DNA of 64,000 nt from a virus (taxonomy: Duplodnaviria > Caudoviricetes). Where the stretch lies: IMG/VR virus record IMGVR_UViG_3300028388_004484, positions 414 to 64,413 of that record. One strand, given 5' to 3'. Under the pieces are notes generated by a model. It ran no database searches and was not told the DNA's origin. It saw nothing but the letters and a program-made list of their open reading frames with translations. Positions 27,632 to 37,015 of the stretch are shown in pieces (within the stretch, counting starts at the first letter, position 1; each line of letters starts with the position of its first letter). The translations under genes and the position numbers were made by a program.

Positions 27632-28309
27632 ATGTTCCTGGATAAAGTAAAAGAATTTCACAATGCGTTTGGCCTTCCCGTTAAGGAATCTTTTTTCATC
27701 CCTTACATTGACCGGATCCGACTTCGCCGGAAATTGATACAGGAAGAAGTTAAAGAGTTTAACGAAAAGGGCATAAGCCTGGAAGCCCGGGCGAAGGAAC
27801 TCATGGATATAATCTACGTTCTGGCCGGCGCGGCCCTGGAATTCGGCATCGTCGAACCCTTTAAGGCGGCCGAACGGGTATCCCTTCGGGTATACAATGT
27901 GCATTCGGCCGACTTCGGCCATTCGGCCCATCCGAATGAATTCCAATTTAGGACATTCAACGATCAGTTTTCCTTTTATACCCCGGCCCTGGCATCGGCG
28001 ATGGGTCACGGGAATCAGGAAAGCGCCGTATCATCCATAAACGGACTTCTTTTCGAAGCCGTCGGAATGGCTACGGCCATGAATCTTTTCGGCCTTGAAG
28101 AAAAGTTTTTGGAAGTTCACCGATCGAATATGTCAAAAACGATCAGAAGCTTAAAAGAAGCCGAAGCAGAAGCCGAATACTACACCATCGAAAAAGGCGT
28201 CCCCACGGCGCCGCATAAAGCCCACAATGGATTTTACTTAATCAAAAGGAAGTCCGACGGGAAGGTATTAAAGCCCCGAACTTATTCACCTGCAAAAATA
28301 ACGATATGA
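27632..28309 (+). CDS. MazG-like NTP pyrophosphohydrolase
   Basis: VKEFHNAF, LIQEEVKE, KELMDIIYV, EVHRSNMSK, DGKVLKP. Confidence 0.85.
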   Translation: MFLDKVKEFHNAFGLPVKESFFIPYIDRIRLRRKLIQEEVKEFNEKGISLEARAKELMDIIYVLAGAALEFGIVEPFKAAERVSLRVYNVHSADFGHSAHPNEFQFRTFNDQFSFYTPALASAMGHGNQESAVSSINGLLFEAVGMATAMNLFGLEEKFLEVHRSNMSKTIRSLKEAEAEAEYYTIEKGVPTAPHKAHNGFYLIKRKSDGKVLKPRTYSPAKITI

Positions 28310-28530
28310 GTACTGTCGGCAAGCATTTCAATGAACAGGAAGCCCGGGGATTAATCCGGGCAATTTTCGGATCCTACTTAAGCCGAAACGTTCGAAACCT
28401 TAAGCGGATCCTTTCAAACCTTTTTTTAGAAGAAGAAATCCTTTGGAAGCTTCGGGAAGATGGGTATTTGAAATTTTTAGAATTCGGCCCTTCGGATAAC
28501 GAAAAGCATTTCGAACGCAGAATAAATTAA
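28306..28530 (+). CDS. hypothetical protein
   Basis: ATGA overlap with the previous gene. Confidence 0.5.
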   Translation: MSTVGKHFNEQEARGLIRAIFGSYLSRNVRNLKRILSNLFLEEEILWKLREDGYLKFLEFGPSDNEKHFERRIN

Positions 28531-28536
28531 GAACCA

Positions 28537-29154
28537 ATGAAGATTTTATTTTTTGATACGGAAACGACGGGCGTTCCCGCGAACTACAAGTCGGAACCAA
28601 AGTACTGGCCACGCCTTGTTCAGCTTTCTTTTATCGTCACTGACGAAAATGGGAATCGATTCTTGGAAGCGGACCATATCGTTAAGCCGAAAGGCTTCCA
28701 AATCCCGAAGGACGCAAGCGACATCCACGGCATTTCCCACGAAAAAGCTACGAAAATTGGGCAGCCCCTGGAAGCGGTCCTTCGGTCCTTCGGGCAGCAC
28801 TTTAAAGCCGCCGATCTTATTGTTGCACACAATTACCATTTTGATCGACACATTGTCGACGGCGAATTTTACCGGGTATGGAATAAGTATTTTATGCCGC
28901 TCCGCCCTTCCTTCTGTACCATGAAGGCAACGACGGAATGGATGGCCCTTCCCGGCCGCTACGGTTTTAAATTCCCGAAGTTGACGGAACTTTATTTAAA
29001 GCTTTTTGACCGGGAATTCGATAACCAGCATAATGCCCTTTTTGATACACAGGCAACGGTCGACATCTATTTCGAACTTGTCCGGCGGGAAATTATCCCG
29101 GCGCCGGAAACCTTTCTTTTAGTTGCAAAAAAGCTGGGCGCGACCCAAGAATAA
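28537..29154 (+). CDS. DEDDh 3'-5' exonuclease (DnaQ-like)
   Basis: FFDTETTG, AHNYHFD, HNALFD. Confidence 0.9.
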   Translation: MKILFFDTETTGVPANYKSEPKYWPRLVQLSFIVTDENGNRFLEADHIVKPKGFQIPKDASDIHGISHEKATKIGQPLEAVLRSFGQHFKAADLIVAHNYHFDRHIVDGEFYRVWNKYFMPLRPSFCTMKATTEWMALPGRYGFKFPKLTELYLKLFDREFDNQHNALFDTQATVDIYFELVRREIIPAPETFLLVAKKLGATQE

Positions 29155-29155
29155 T

Positions 29156-29359
29156 ATGGAATACCTTTTAACCGCACTCCTTTTCGCTTTATTTATGACC
29201 TTTATCTTTTCTCCTTTCCTTAGCGGATCCGGAAAGGAAGAAAAAAAATCGAAGTACGCCTTTCGCAGGGATCCTTCTAAACGGTCAACGCGCCGGAAGC
29301 CGAAGCGCCGGATGCACGTTTTCATAAAGGAAGGGAAAAACAACCATAAACCGTTATGA
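29156..29359 (+). CDS. small membrane-anchored basic protein
   Basis: N-terminal TM then K/R-rich tail; overlaps the amidase start. Confidence 0.45.
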   Translation: MEYLLTALLFALFMTFIFSPFLSGSGKEEKKSKYAFRRDPSKRSTRRKPKRRMHVFIKEGKNNHKPL

Positions 29360-29982
29360 TATTTATACTTGACGCCGGCCACGGGGGAATAGATCCTTTC
29401 GGCCGCTATACTACAAAAGGGAAAAGTTTTACACACGCGGAAGGGACCTTCCACCGCGGTAAAACTTTTTACGAAGGCGTTTTTAATCGAAGGCTAACGG
29501 ATATAGTCTTTGATTCCTTGAAAGAATTTAATATACCTGTTGTAAAAGTTTACCATGATTATCTGGATTTAGATCTTTCCTTACGGGTATACCGGGCGAA
29601 CGGCTTTTACAATAAGTTTGGCGATGGCGTTTTAATAAGTAATCATGCAAATGCAAGTCATGCACATACGGCCCGGGGATTTGAAGTTTTTTCAGGTCCT
29701 GGATTCTCGCAATCTGATAAGATAGCGGATGAATACTTCCGCAATGTAAAGGATTTTTTAGGCGATTGCATTCAATACCGGCCGGGCGGATCCACGGCAG
29801 GGAAGGAAGCGAATTTTTTCCTTCTCCGAAACTTTGACGGCCCGGCTATCCTGGCCGAACATCTTTTCTTCGATAACTACGACGATGCCATTCTTTTAAT
29901 GGATCCTATTATTATCGAAAAGTTCGCACAAGCACAGGTACAAACCATTTTAGATATTTATTATGACCGTAGAAGAATTTAG
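29356..29982 (+). CDS. N-acetylmuramoyl-L-alanine amidase (Amidase_3 endolysin)
   Basis: LDAGHGG, YEGVFNR, SNHANA, ILAEHLF. Confidence 0.9.
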   Translation: MIFILDAGHGGIDPFGRYTTKGKSFTHAEGTFHRGKTFYEGVFNRRLTDIVFDSLKEFNIPVVKVYHDYLDLDLSLRVYRANGFYNKFGDGVLISNHANASHAHTARGFEVFSGPGFSQSDKIADEYFRNVKDFLGDCIQYRPGGSTAGKEANFFLLRNFDGPAILAEHLFFDNYDDAILLMDPIIIEKFAQAQVQTILDIYYDRRRI

Positions 29983-30643
29983 AAATTTGCAACGGAAGGC
30001 GGACCCCTTCGCCCCCTTATTTCCTGACCTTTCGGAAACCGCCGGTAAGGTCATTATTGGATTCGACCCCCACGCTTCCACGCCGGGCGTTGCCGCCTAC
30101 GATGCCAGGGAGGGAAAGGTACACGCCTTCGAAACGATAAAAAAGGCGGACATGAAAGAATGGTTAGAAAAGACGTTATCCGTGCCGGGTTTTTACGAAA
30201 GGGCCTTCGCCCGGGTAGAAATGCCGACCCGACAAACGACCTACGGCCACATTCAGCGTATGACGAAAGCCGCCGGCCGGAATCGCTTTTCTTCGAAGTT
30301 CGAAAAGCAAGTGTTTGGGATAATATGGAATTCGTCGAAGGGCGAAACGATCGCCGAAGATTTTATTGAGATCCTAAAGTCTTGCGCGGTCCCTTTCGAA
30401 GTTGTCCGAAGTGACGACCGTATTAATTGCGAAACGCTAAGATACGCTAAGGGGAAAAGCGGTCCGGCCCTTGAAACTTATTTTTCAACTCGCGCGCTGA
30501 AAACCGGCTTCCGGATCTTTCCTTCGAAGATGAAAGCAGAAACGGCCCGTCATTTTTACGGAACCCGGAAGCCTGGAAATAAAGAAAGTCGTGACGCCCT
30601 ACTTTTATCCTTCCCGGAAGTGATTTATAAAAAATTCGGGTAA
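29963..30643 (+). CDS. RuvC-like resolvase/nuclease
   Basis: IIGFDP...GVAAY, VEMP, ESRDALLL. Confidence 0.6.
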   Translation: MTVEEFRNLQRKADPFAPLFPDLSETAGKVIIGFDPHASTPGVAAYDAREGKVHAFETIKKADMKEWLEKTLSVPGFYERAFARVEMPTRQTTYGHIQRMTKAAGRNRFSSKFEKQVFGIIWNSSKGETIAEDFIEILKSCAVPFEVVRSDDRINCETLRYAKGKSGPALETYFSTRALKTGFRIFPSKMKAETARHFYGTRKPGNKESRDALLLSFPEVIYKKFG

Positions 30644-30689
30644 TTATGCGGATTATTTGATATTTCAATTAATAAAACGTACATTTGCC

Positions 30690-30744
30690 ATGTTCCATTT
30701 CACTTGCTTCCCGGGTAGGATTTAATCCTTCCCGGTTTTTTTTT
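30690..30744 (+). ncRNA. candidate stand-alone sRNA of about 55 nt
   Basis: class B promoter (TACATTTG 30680-30687), seed CATTTCACTTGCTT, terminator CCGGG..CCCGG plus T9; no ORF. Confidence 0.5.
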
Positions 30745-30826
30745 GCCCTTCGCATTATTTTATATTCAGTTTATTTGATATTTCGGATTTTTCACTTATC
30801 TTTACGACGAACTTAAAAAATAGGCC

Positions 30827-31027
30827 ATGTCGAAGGAATCCGAAAAAGTACTTGATATAATTTTTTTACACCAGGACTTGTGCGCCGAACTTTCTCCGCC
30901 GGAAGGTCAAGAAAGCTTTACCCGTGCCGAACTGATGGCCTGGAATAGAATAATGATCCGGCTTATGGCCGCTAAAGGATACTTGGATTTTAAAAAAATA
31001 CCGGAAAATTACTTCTTCCCATTCTAA
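30827..31027 (+). CDS. hypothetical protein
   Basis: ORF behind a class B promoter. Confidence 0.55.
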   Translation: MSKESEKVLDIIFLHQDLCAELSPPEGQESFTRAELMAWNRIMIRLMAAKGYLDFKKIPENYFFPF

Positions 31028-31044
31028 AACTAAAAAGCAAGAAA

Positions 31045-31896
31045 ATGCGAACTTCTGAATCTATTAAGAACCTTTCAAAGGCCCTGGTAGCCTTTCATTC
31101 TTCCGTCGGGCCTATACCCCGGACCGCTGTAAATCCTTACCACAATAGCCGATACGCGCCGCTGGGCGTCATCCTGGCCGCCATCCGGGAACCGCTTTCA
31201 AAAAGCGGCCTTTCGGTAACCCAATGGCCGGAAGGCAAGAACGCCCTTACTACTCGCTTGCTGCATGAATCAGGCGAATGGATGGAAGCGACCTACGAAA
31301 TGACGCCGAAAAAACAAGACCCGCAGGGCGAAGGATCCGCCATTACCTATATGCGGCGCTACGCTTTGGGTGGCATCCTTTCGCTTGAAATTGAAGATGA
31401 TGACGACGGCAACACGGCCACCGCCTTAAGTCAAAAAAAACCGGCAGCGCGGGCACGGCAAAACAATGGAAAAACCGGAAATTCCGATAAGTCCAAAAAT
31501 TCCGGTAAGTCGAAAAAGCCGGACCGCTTTACAAAAGTCATGGCGGAACGGAACCGGGAAAAGCTTTCCGCGCAGGTCAAAAAGGATGGCGCCGATAAGG
31601 TCATCGAAGCGATAAAAGAAACGTACCCGAAAGGGATCGAACCGACGGCGGCAGCTTTTATCCGGGCATTAACCGAAATCAAAAAGCCGAAAGAAAATAC
31701 GCCGAAGCGAAAGGGTGCCTTTACGCTTCCTTTGTTACAGGAGAACCGGGAAAGTATTATCAAAATGTTATCTGAAAGTCGCCTGGACGAAGTTCTTCTT
31801 AAGCTTGGTGGCGGTTACGAAGATGGCGTTACCCCGGAAGCTTCCGCGGCCCTTATCGACATTTCTAAAAAGATAGCCGAAAAGGCGAATGCCTAA
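31045..31896 (+). CDS. ERF-family single-strand annealing protein
   Basis: NPYHNSRYAPL, LLHESGEW, DPQGEGSAITYMRRYAL, DDDGN. Confidence 0.9.
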   Translation: MRTSESIKNLSKALVAFHSSVGPIPRTAVNPYHNSRYAPLGVILAAIREPLSKSGLSVTQWPEGKNALTTRLLHESGEWMEATYEMTPKKQDPQGEGSAITYMRRYALGGILSLEIEDDDDGNTATALSQKKPAARARQNNGKTGNSDKSKNSGKSKKPDRFTKVMAERNREKLSAQVKKDGADKVIEAIKETYPKGIEPTAAAFIRALTEIKKPKENTPKRKGAFTLPLLQENRESIIKMLSESRLDEVLLKLGGGYEDGVTPEASAALIDISKKIAEKANA

Positions 31897-32071
31897 AGAT
31901 ATTCTGGTTTCCGCAGGCGGCCCCCTTTCCTTTCCTTCGATAGCCACCGGCCGCCTGCCTTTTTTTTTCTTAAATCAAAAAAGCAAGTTGTTATCTCATG
32001 AAAAAGAAAATTATTTTAAAAAGCGGCCGCAGGATTGTCGAAGATGACTTTCTAGGCTATAAAGAAAAATC

Positions 32072-32254
32072 ATGCATCAATTAAGGGACAAAATCGAAAA
32101 GCGGATTTTAAGAATAATCGAAGCCGAAGGCGAAGCCGATTTTGATGGCAAGGAATTTATTCTTTCGGATTCCTTCGGAGTTATCGCCGACAAAATAACC
32201 CGGGCCATATTCGACGGATCCCTTTTTGAAGAAGATGATAGGTGTGAACCTTGA
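32072..32254 (+). CDS. hypothetical protein (start uncertain)
   Basis: may begin at ATG 31998 if there is a homopolymer indel. Confidence 0.4.
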   Translation: MHQLRDKIEKRILRIIEAEGEADFDGKEFILSDSFGVIADKITRAIFDGSLFEEDDRCEP

Positions 32255-32296
32255 AAATTGACAAAGTGGCCGTCCTGGCCGTATAAACCAAAAGCA

Positions 32297-33202
32297 ATGA
32301 AACTACCATTCAAAAGTATCTCCCCTTCCGTTTTGTGGTTATGGAATAACGACAAAGCCGGCTTCGAAAGCCGGTATTTTCAGAAATCCGAAATGGAAAA
32401 GACGACCACGCCCGTAGGCTATTTTAAGCGCCGGGTAATGGAAGGAATCTATACGGCGATGACCGACGGCGAAATGCCAGAATCCACCGACGTCTTACTT
32501 ATCATTTCCGCAATGGAAGAAGCGTTCGGCATCGGGCAAATTAATGTCCCCTTCGAAGCGGTTATTCGCGACGCCTTCGGGATACGAATTTCGGTCGACA
32601 ACTTTCTTTCAGCGGATCCTTCCGGCACGCCCAGGCTGGAATACTTCGATATGTCGGCGGCCGGGCGGGAACCCCGGTCGGAAACGTCGAAGTGGGGCGC
32701 CCTTACCTACTGGCGGAAGTTTGGGATAGTGCCGAATACGACATTACATCGCTTCCCGACTTCGGTTAATAAATCGGAAGTAAAAATCCAATGGCCGAAG
32801 GCCGAATCCTTTACCCTTACATGGGAACCGGGCGACCTTCGACTTCTTGAAGAAGAAATAATCGATACGACCGAAGATATAAGCCGGCACTACCGGGCCA
32901 GCTTAGGCGAATACGGTCCAACGGGGCCTGTGCTTGACGAATACGAAAAGGCGGACGCCGAATATAAGGCCGCGAAAAAAGCCCGGGAAAACGCAAGGAA
33001 AAGGCTATCAGAGGAAATGGCAGCGCACAACCTGGACCGCTTCCGCGCAAACGAAAGGTTATTCTACTTTACTGAAAGGACGACTTTCGATTTCCCGGAA
33101 TATGTACGGGAAGCAGAAGCCCGCCTTGAAGAACTTAAGCAGAAGGCGATCGACGCCGGCGACGCCGAACCGAAGCGAACCAAGATCTTTTACGCACGCT
33201 AA
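32297..33202 (+). CDS. divergent PD-(D/E)XK exonuclease-like recombination protein
   Basis: ISPS.L..W start and position next to ERF; catalytic motif not clearly intact. Confidence 0.4.
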   Translation: MKLPFKSISPSVLWLWNNDKAGFESRYFQKSEMEKTTTPVGYFKRRVMEGIYTAMTDGEMPESTDVLLIISAMEEAFGIGQINVPFEAVIRDAFGIRISVDNFLSADPSGTPRLEYFDMSAAGREPRSETSKWGALTYWRKFGIVPNTTLHRFPTSVNKSEVKIQWPKAESFTLTWEPGDLRLLEEEIIDTTEDISRHYRASLGEYGPTGPVLDEYEKADAEYKAAKKARENARKRLSEEMAAHNLDRFRANERLFYFTERTTFDFPEYVREAEARLEELKQKAIDAGDAEPKRTKIFYAR

Positions 33203-33207
33203 TTTTG

Positions 33208-33279
33208 GACCCCGTGGGCAAGTGGTCAAGCCGTCGGCCTTTCAAGCCGAAGTCGCCGGTTCGAATCCGGTCGGGGTTA
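33208..33279 (+). tRNA. tRNA-Glu (UUC)
   Basis: acceptor GACCCCG/CGGGGTT, D arm GGC/GCC, anticodon arm TCGGC-CTTTCAA-GCCGA, T arm GCCGG-TTCGAAT-CCGGT; CCA not encoded. Confidence 0.92.
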
Positions 33280-33299
33280 CTAACTAAAAGCAAGGTAAC

Positions 33300-33818
33300 A
33301 TGAGATTACAGGGAACAGACATTTTCAATTTATCTGGAATGGCCATTATTACAGCACGGCAGCCGAAGAAGGGCGCCGCCGCACAGCGGATCCTTTTTCA
33401 AATGGGATACCGTTATTTGACACGGAAGGGCAATTCGGTTAAGGCTTCCGAAGTCGAAGCGATTTCTATTTTAAAAGATCCGAAAAAGGCAATGACCTGG
33501 ACATCTTCGAAACAAATATCCGGGCATTATGCGAACAAAATTCCGGTTGAAGGTCTTGTTTTGATTGGGAAATTATACGAAGCCGCGAAAAGCCCAATCA
33601 TTACAAAAAACCGGGCGCCGCTTTATGACTTTATTCGCGAATATCAGCGCGTTCTTCCTTCGGCAAGGGTTCGGCCATTTTCCAGCGCTTCAGGTAATAG
33701 CATCATGGTTATTGACCTTCCTTCTGTCAAAGGATACGAACCTGTTTTCATTTTGGAAAACGAAGGAATGTGCCGCCGCTTTTCTTCGCACCTTTTAGAA
33801 GAAGCCATCGGATCATGA
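33300..33818 (+). CDS. hypothetical protein
   Basis: ORF with leader motif. Confidence 0.6.
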   Translation: MRLQGTDIFNLSGMAIITARQPKKGAAAQRILFQMGYRYLTRKGNSVKASEVEAISILKDPKKAMTWTSSKQISGHYANKIPVEGLVLIGKLYEAAKSPIITKNRAPLYDFIREYQRVLPSARVRPFSSASGNSIMVIDLPSVKGYEPVFILENEGMCRRFSSHLLEEAIGS

Positions 33819-34273
33819 AGAAAGAAAGCGAAGAATGGAACCGGCTAAATTTAACCGGCCAAGAAATGTACGCCGAAATAAAATCGCATTTAATGACGGT
33901 TGACGACCTGCTTTGTAATCAACCCTCTGCCCGGGACCTGGAAGCTACGGATGAATGGATCCGGGATGTTCATTCGATGGCCGCACGCCATGACCATGTG
34001 GCAGGCTTAGCGAAAAGCTTCGAAGCGATCCTTATCGCCTATACCATCGACAATATGACGGAAGAAGAATACAAGCGGGTAAAAACTTCTTCAACTATCT
34101 TTACGGCCTACGTCGCAGGGAAATGGCCGAAGGCGGCCGCGGTTATCGAAGAAGCGAAGCATAAAGGAAAAACAATTTTGGCCGCAATGGATGACACCCG
34201 ATCTTTGCTTTCTTCTTTCCGTTCTCTTGCTCAAATGGAAGAAAGCAGTAAAATTAATCAAAGAAGAAATTGA
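33815..34273 (+). CDS. hypothetical helical protein
   Basis: ATGA overlap start at 33815. Confidence 0.6.
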   Translation: MKKESEEWNRLNLTGQEMYAEIKSHLMTVDDLLCNQPSARDLEATDEWIRDVHSMAARHDHVAGLAKSFEAILIAYTIDNMTEEEYKRVKTSSTIFTAYVAGKWPKAAAVIEEAKHKGKTILAAMDDTRSLLSSFRSLAQMEESSKINQRRN

Positions 34274-34386
34274 CGTGCTTTTTTTGTAACTTGAAAACCT
34301 GATAAATTATGCCAAATCCCACTACTAACTTTGCAAGTCTTTACAAAAAAATTTTTGACCTAAAATCGAAAACGGAAGAAGAAGAA

Positions 34387-34473
34387 GAACCAGAGCAAAA
34401 TACGGCCGCCGAAGAAGAAAACGAATGAACCAGAGCAAAATACGGCCGCCGAAGAAGAAAACGAATGAACCAG
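34387..34473 (+). repeat. 40 bp perfect tandem duplication
   Basis: GAACCAGAGCAAAATACGGCCGCCGAAGAAGAAAACGAAT twice plus GAACCAG, at the end of a small acidic ORF 34309-34428. Confidence 0.9.
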
Positions 34474-34559
34474 GGCGCCTTCGGGCGCCTTTTTTTGTGC
34501 TTATATTATTCCTTTTATTTGTATTCCCGTATATTTATCCTTTGAATATACTATAAACC

Positions 34560-35249
34560 ATGAACAAGCAAGTTATTACAACGGGCATTATTATTCTTTT
34601 GCTGGGCTTCCTATTTTCTTCTCTTATTGTCATAATCGAAATGAAGGGCCGCATAAGTCGTCTTGAAAACATTCCGGAAGTTATCATTAGGGATACGGTA
34701 TTTTTAAAGGGAAAGCCGGTCCTGGCGGATCCAAAAATAAAGGAAGTCTTAACGGCGATTCATGTTCCGGTAACAGATAAAGCTGCCCTGGACTCAGTCC
34801 GGCTTGAATATGAAAACGCCGTAGACTTTTATCAAAACATCGTCGATCTTTTGGACCGGGAAGTTCGGCATAAAGATTCTATAATTGACAATTATACCCT
34901 TCTACTTTCTTCCCGGGCTTATTACGATAGTTTATCCGCGGAACTTTACAGCTTTCGGTATAACATAGTTACCGGTGGCCCGCTTCACTCCTTTGATTAT
35001 CAGATCGACGTAAAGAAGGTGACGGAAACCGTAGAAAAGAAAGTGCCGGTTAAGGTATTCCCGGAATGGACCTTTTCGCCGGTCCTGGGCCTTACCTTCG
35101 ACGGTTCCCCGCGGGCTTCCTTCGGGGCGATGGTTGGAAAGGATAATTTGAAAGGCGGATTCTTTTACACACCTGCAGCTGGTGGTCGTAGGGATATTTT
35201 AAGCATTTATACCGGGTTCTATATGCCCTTAAATTACAAAATGAAATGA
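34560..35249 (+). CDS. spanin-like lysis protein (putative)
   Basis: N-terminal TM, coiled coil, C-terminal amphipathic beta strands; directly before the holin. Confidence 0.45.
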   Translation: MNKQVITTGIIILLLGFLFSSLIVIIEMKGRISRLENIPEVIIRDTVFLKGKPVLADPKIKEVLTAIHVPVTDKAALDSVRLEYENAVDFYQNIVDLLDREVRHKDSIIDNYTLLLSSRAYYDSLSAELYSFRYNIVTGGPLHSFDYQIDVKKVTETVEKKVPVKVFPEWTFSPVLGLTFDGSPRASFGAMVGKDNLKGGFFYTPAAGGRRDILSIYTGFYMPLNYKMK

Positions 35250-35710
35250 GGGTAAGAGACATAGCCCTTTCGTTTTACCCGGACTTGCTTAAAGGAGTAA
35301 TGGCCGGCTTCGTAAGTTTTGCCGGATCGTGGTTCCTTCCGGTTTCTAAGTTTATAGCCGCTATTACTATTTTGATAATAGCGGACTATATCACCGGAAC
35401 GAAGGCCGCAAAAAAAAAGGGCGAACGAATTTCTTCCCGGGGAATGCGGCGAACCGTAGAAAAGATTTTTTACTACTTCGCCGCTATCATGTTAACACAC
35501 ATGACGCAGCAGATTTTCTTCCCGTGGTTCCCGCTCGTTTATCCGCTCGTTATTTTTATCGCATGGACGGAACTTCGCAGCACGCTTGAAAATATATCAG
35601 AAGTAACGGGAAATAACGTCGCCGCGGTCGTTATTAACCGGATCTTTAAGAAAATACCATGGATTAAAGAACTGGAAACGGAACTGAAGAAGAAAGATGA
35701 AAAAGATTAA
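35246..35710 (+). CDS. phage holin (family 4-like)
   Basis: IIADYITG, ISSRGMRRTVEK, ELRSTLEN; three TM segments. Confidence 0.85.
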   Translation: MRVRDIALSFYPDLLKGVMAGFVSFAGSWFLPVSKFIAAITILIIADYITGTKAAKKKGERISSRGMRRTVEKIFYYFAAIMLTHMTQQIFFPWFPLVYPLVIFIAWTELRSTLENISEVTGNNVAAVVINRIFKKIPWIKELETELKKKDEKD

Positions 35711-36302
35711 ACTAAGCACTCTTAAGCCGAACCCGAATAACCCCCGGGAAATAACTGAAAAGGGCCTTTCCGATCTTCGGAATTCTATTAAGGAATTCGA
35801 AGAAATGATGTTTTTGCGTCCTATTATCGTTGATGAAAATAACATGATCCTGGGCGGGAATATGCGTTACCAGGGCCTTATCCTTTTGGGATATAAGGAA
35901 ATTCCCGCTTCGTGGGTAACACAGGCAAAGGGCCTTACCGAAGAACAAAAGCAGGAATTTATTATCAAAGATAACGTTTCGTATGGCCGTTGGAATTGGG
36001 ATGATATCGCTAATGGATGGGAAACGGCGAAGTTAAAGTCCTGGGGCCTTGAAATTCCCGGCTGGCTGGGCGAATTTCTACCGGACGACGATGACGACGA
36101 CGACGGGGAAAACGCCGGCGACACGGCCCAGGATAAGCCCAAAGGCGTAATGGGCAACGATTTTTCCGCGCTTGAAATTGTTATGAACCACGACAGTAAG
36201 CTTTTTGTCCTGGGGATCCTTAATGAGGTGCGGAAAGAAAAGGACCTGGAAAGCTTGGAAGATGCTTTGGTTTTTATTTTTCGTGAATATCAAAAATCGT
36301 AA
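35697..36302 (+). CDS. ParB/Srx N-terminal domain protein
   Basis: LKPNPNNPR, RPIIVDE, LGGNMR, FIIKDN. Confidence 0.85.
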   Translation: MKKIKLSTLKPNPNNPREITEKGLSDLRNSIKEFEEMMFLRPIIVDENNMILGGNMRYQGLILLGYKEIPASWVTQAKGLTEEQKQEFIIKDNVSYGRWNWDDIANGWETAKLKSWGLEIPGWLGEFLPDDDDDDDGENAGDTAQDKPKGVMGNDFSALEIVMNHDSKLFVLGILNEVRKEKDLESLEDALVFIFREYQKS

Positions 36303-36305
36303 TTT

Positions 36306-37013
36306 ATGAATGTTAAGAAGAAGGCATTAGTTATCGGCGGAACTTCCGGATACGGCGCCGGCATCGCTTCGGTCCTGGAAGCCGCCGGTTATGAAACGAT
36401 GGCCGTCGGAAGAAGTAGCACCCCTTGGGTAGATGTTACCAAACCGAAGGAAATTTCCGGCGTTCTAAAAACAATGAGATCCGTCGACGTGGTCGTTTAT
36501 TCCGCGGGAATTGCGATCGGGAAAGATTTTCTTTCGGATAAGGAACCCTTTTACCTTCAAAAGGTAATGAATGTAAATACAGTCGGCCTTATGTGGGCGC
36601 TTCATTACTCCTTTCCTTATCTTAAAGAAAGCCGCGGGCATTTCTTCCACGTCGGCAGTATCGCCGCTTACTTTACTTACCCCGGCGGCGTGGATTACTG
36701 CGCTTCAAAAGCGGCCAGTAATTCGATAATGAAGGGGATCCGCCGCGAATGGTTGGGAACCGGGATCCGGACGACTTCTTTGGAAGTCGGTTTGGGGAAT
36801 ACGAACTTTCAGGCCCGCCGATACGACGGCAACAAAGAAAAGGCAAAGAAGCATTTCGATGGCGTTCGAATGATCGAACCCGAAGAATTAGGGGAAGTCG
36901 TTCTTTCCGTTATTCGCCTTCCGGAACATTTGAACATGGACGAAATCATTCTTAAGCCGTTGGATCAGGCTTCTCACGGTTTTACGGTTAAAAACATTCA
37001 AAAACAATTTTAA
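36306..37013 (+). CDS. short-chain dehydrogenase/reductase (YdfG-like)
   Basis: GGTSGYG, SAG, GSIAA, YCASK. Confidence 0.88.
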   Translation: MNVKKKALVIGGTSGYGAGIASVLEAAGYETMAVGRSSTPWVDVTKPKEISGVLKTMRSVDVVVYSAGIAIGKDFLSDKEPFYLQKVMNVNTVGLMWALHYSFPYLKESRGHFFHVGSIAAYFTYPGGVDYCASKAASNSIMKGIRREWLGTGIRTTSLEVGLGNTNFQARRYDGNKEKAKKHFDGVRMIEPEELGEVVLSVIRLPEHLNMDEIILKPLDQASHGFTVKNIQKQF

Positions 37014-37015
37014 CT

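Noticed and set aside
31998-32254. Programmed frameshift joining ATG 31998 to the 32072 ORF
   Set aside because: Needs one extra A in a short A5 run with no clear stimulator. A sequencing indel is as likely, which also tempers the other homopolymer claims.
34387-34473. 40 bp tandem repeat as mini-CRISPR or att site
   Set aside because: Perfect head-to-tail duplication with no spacer; likely slippage or an assembly artefact.
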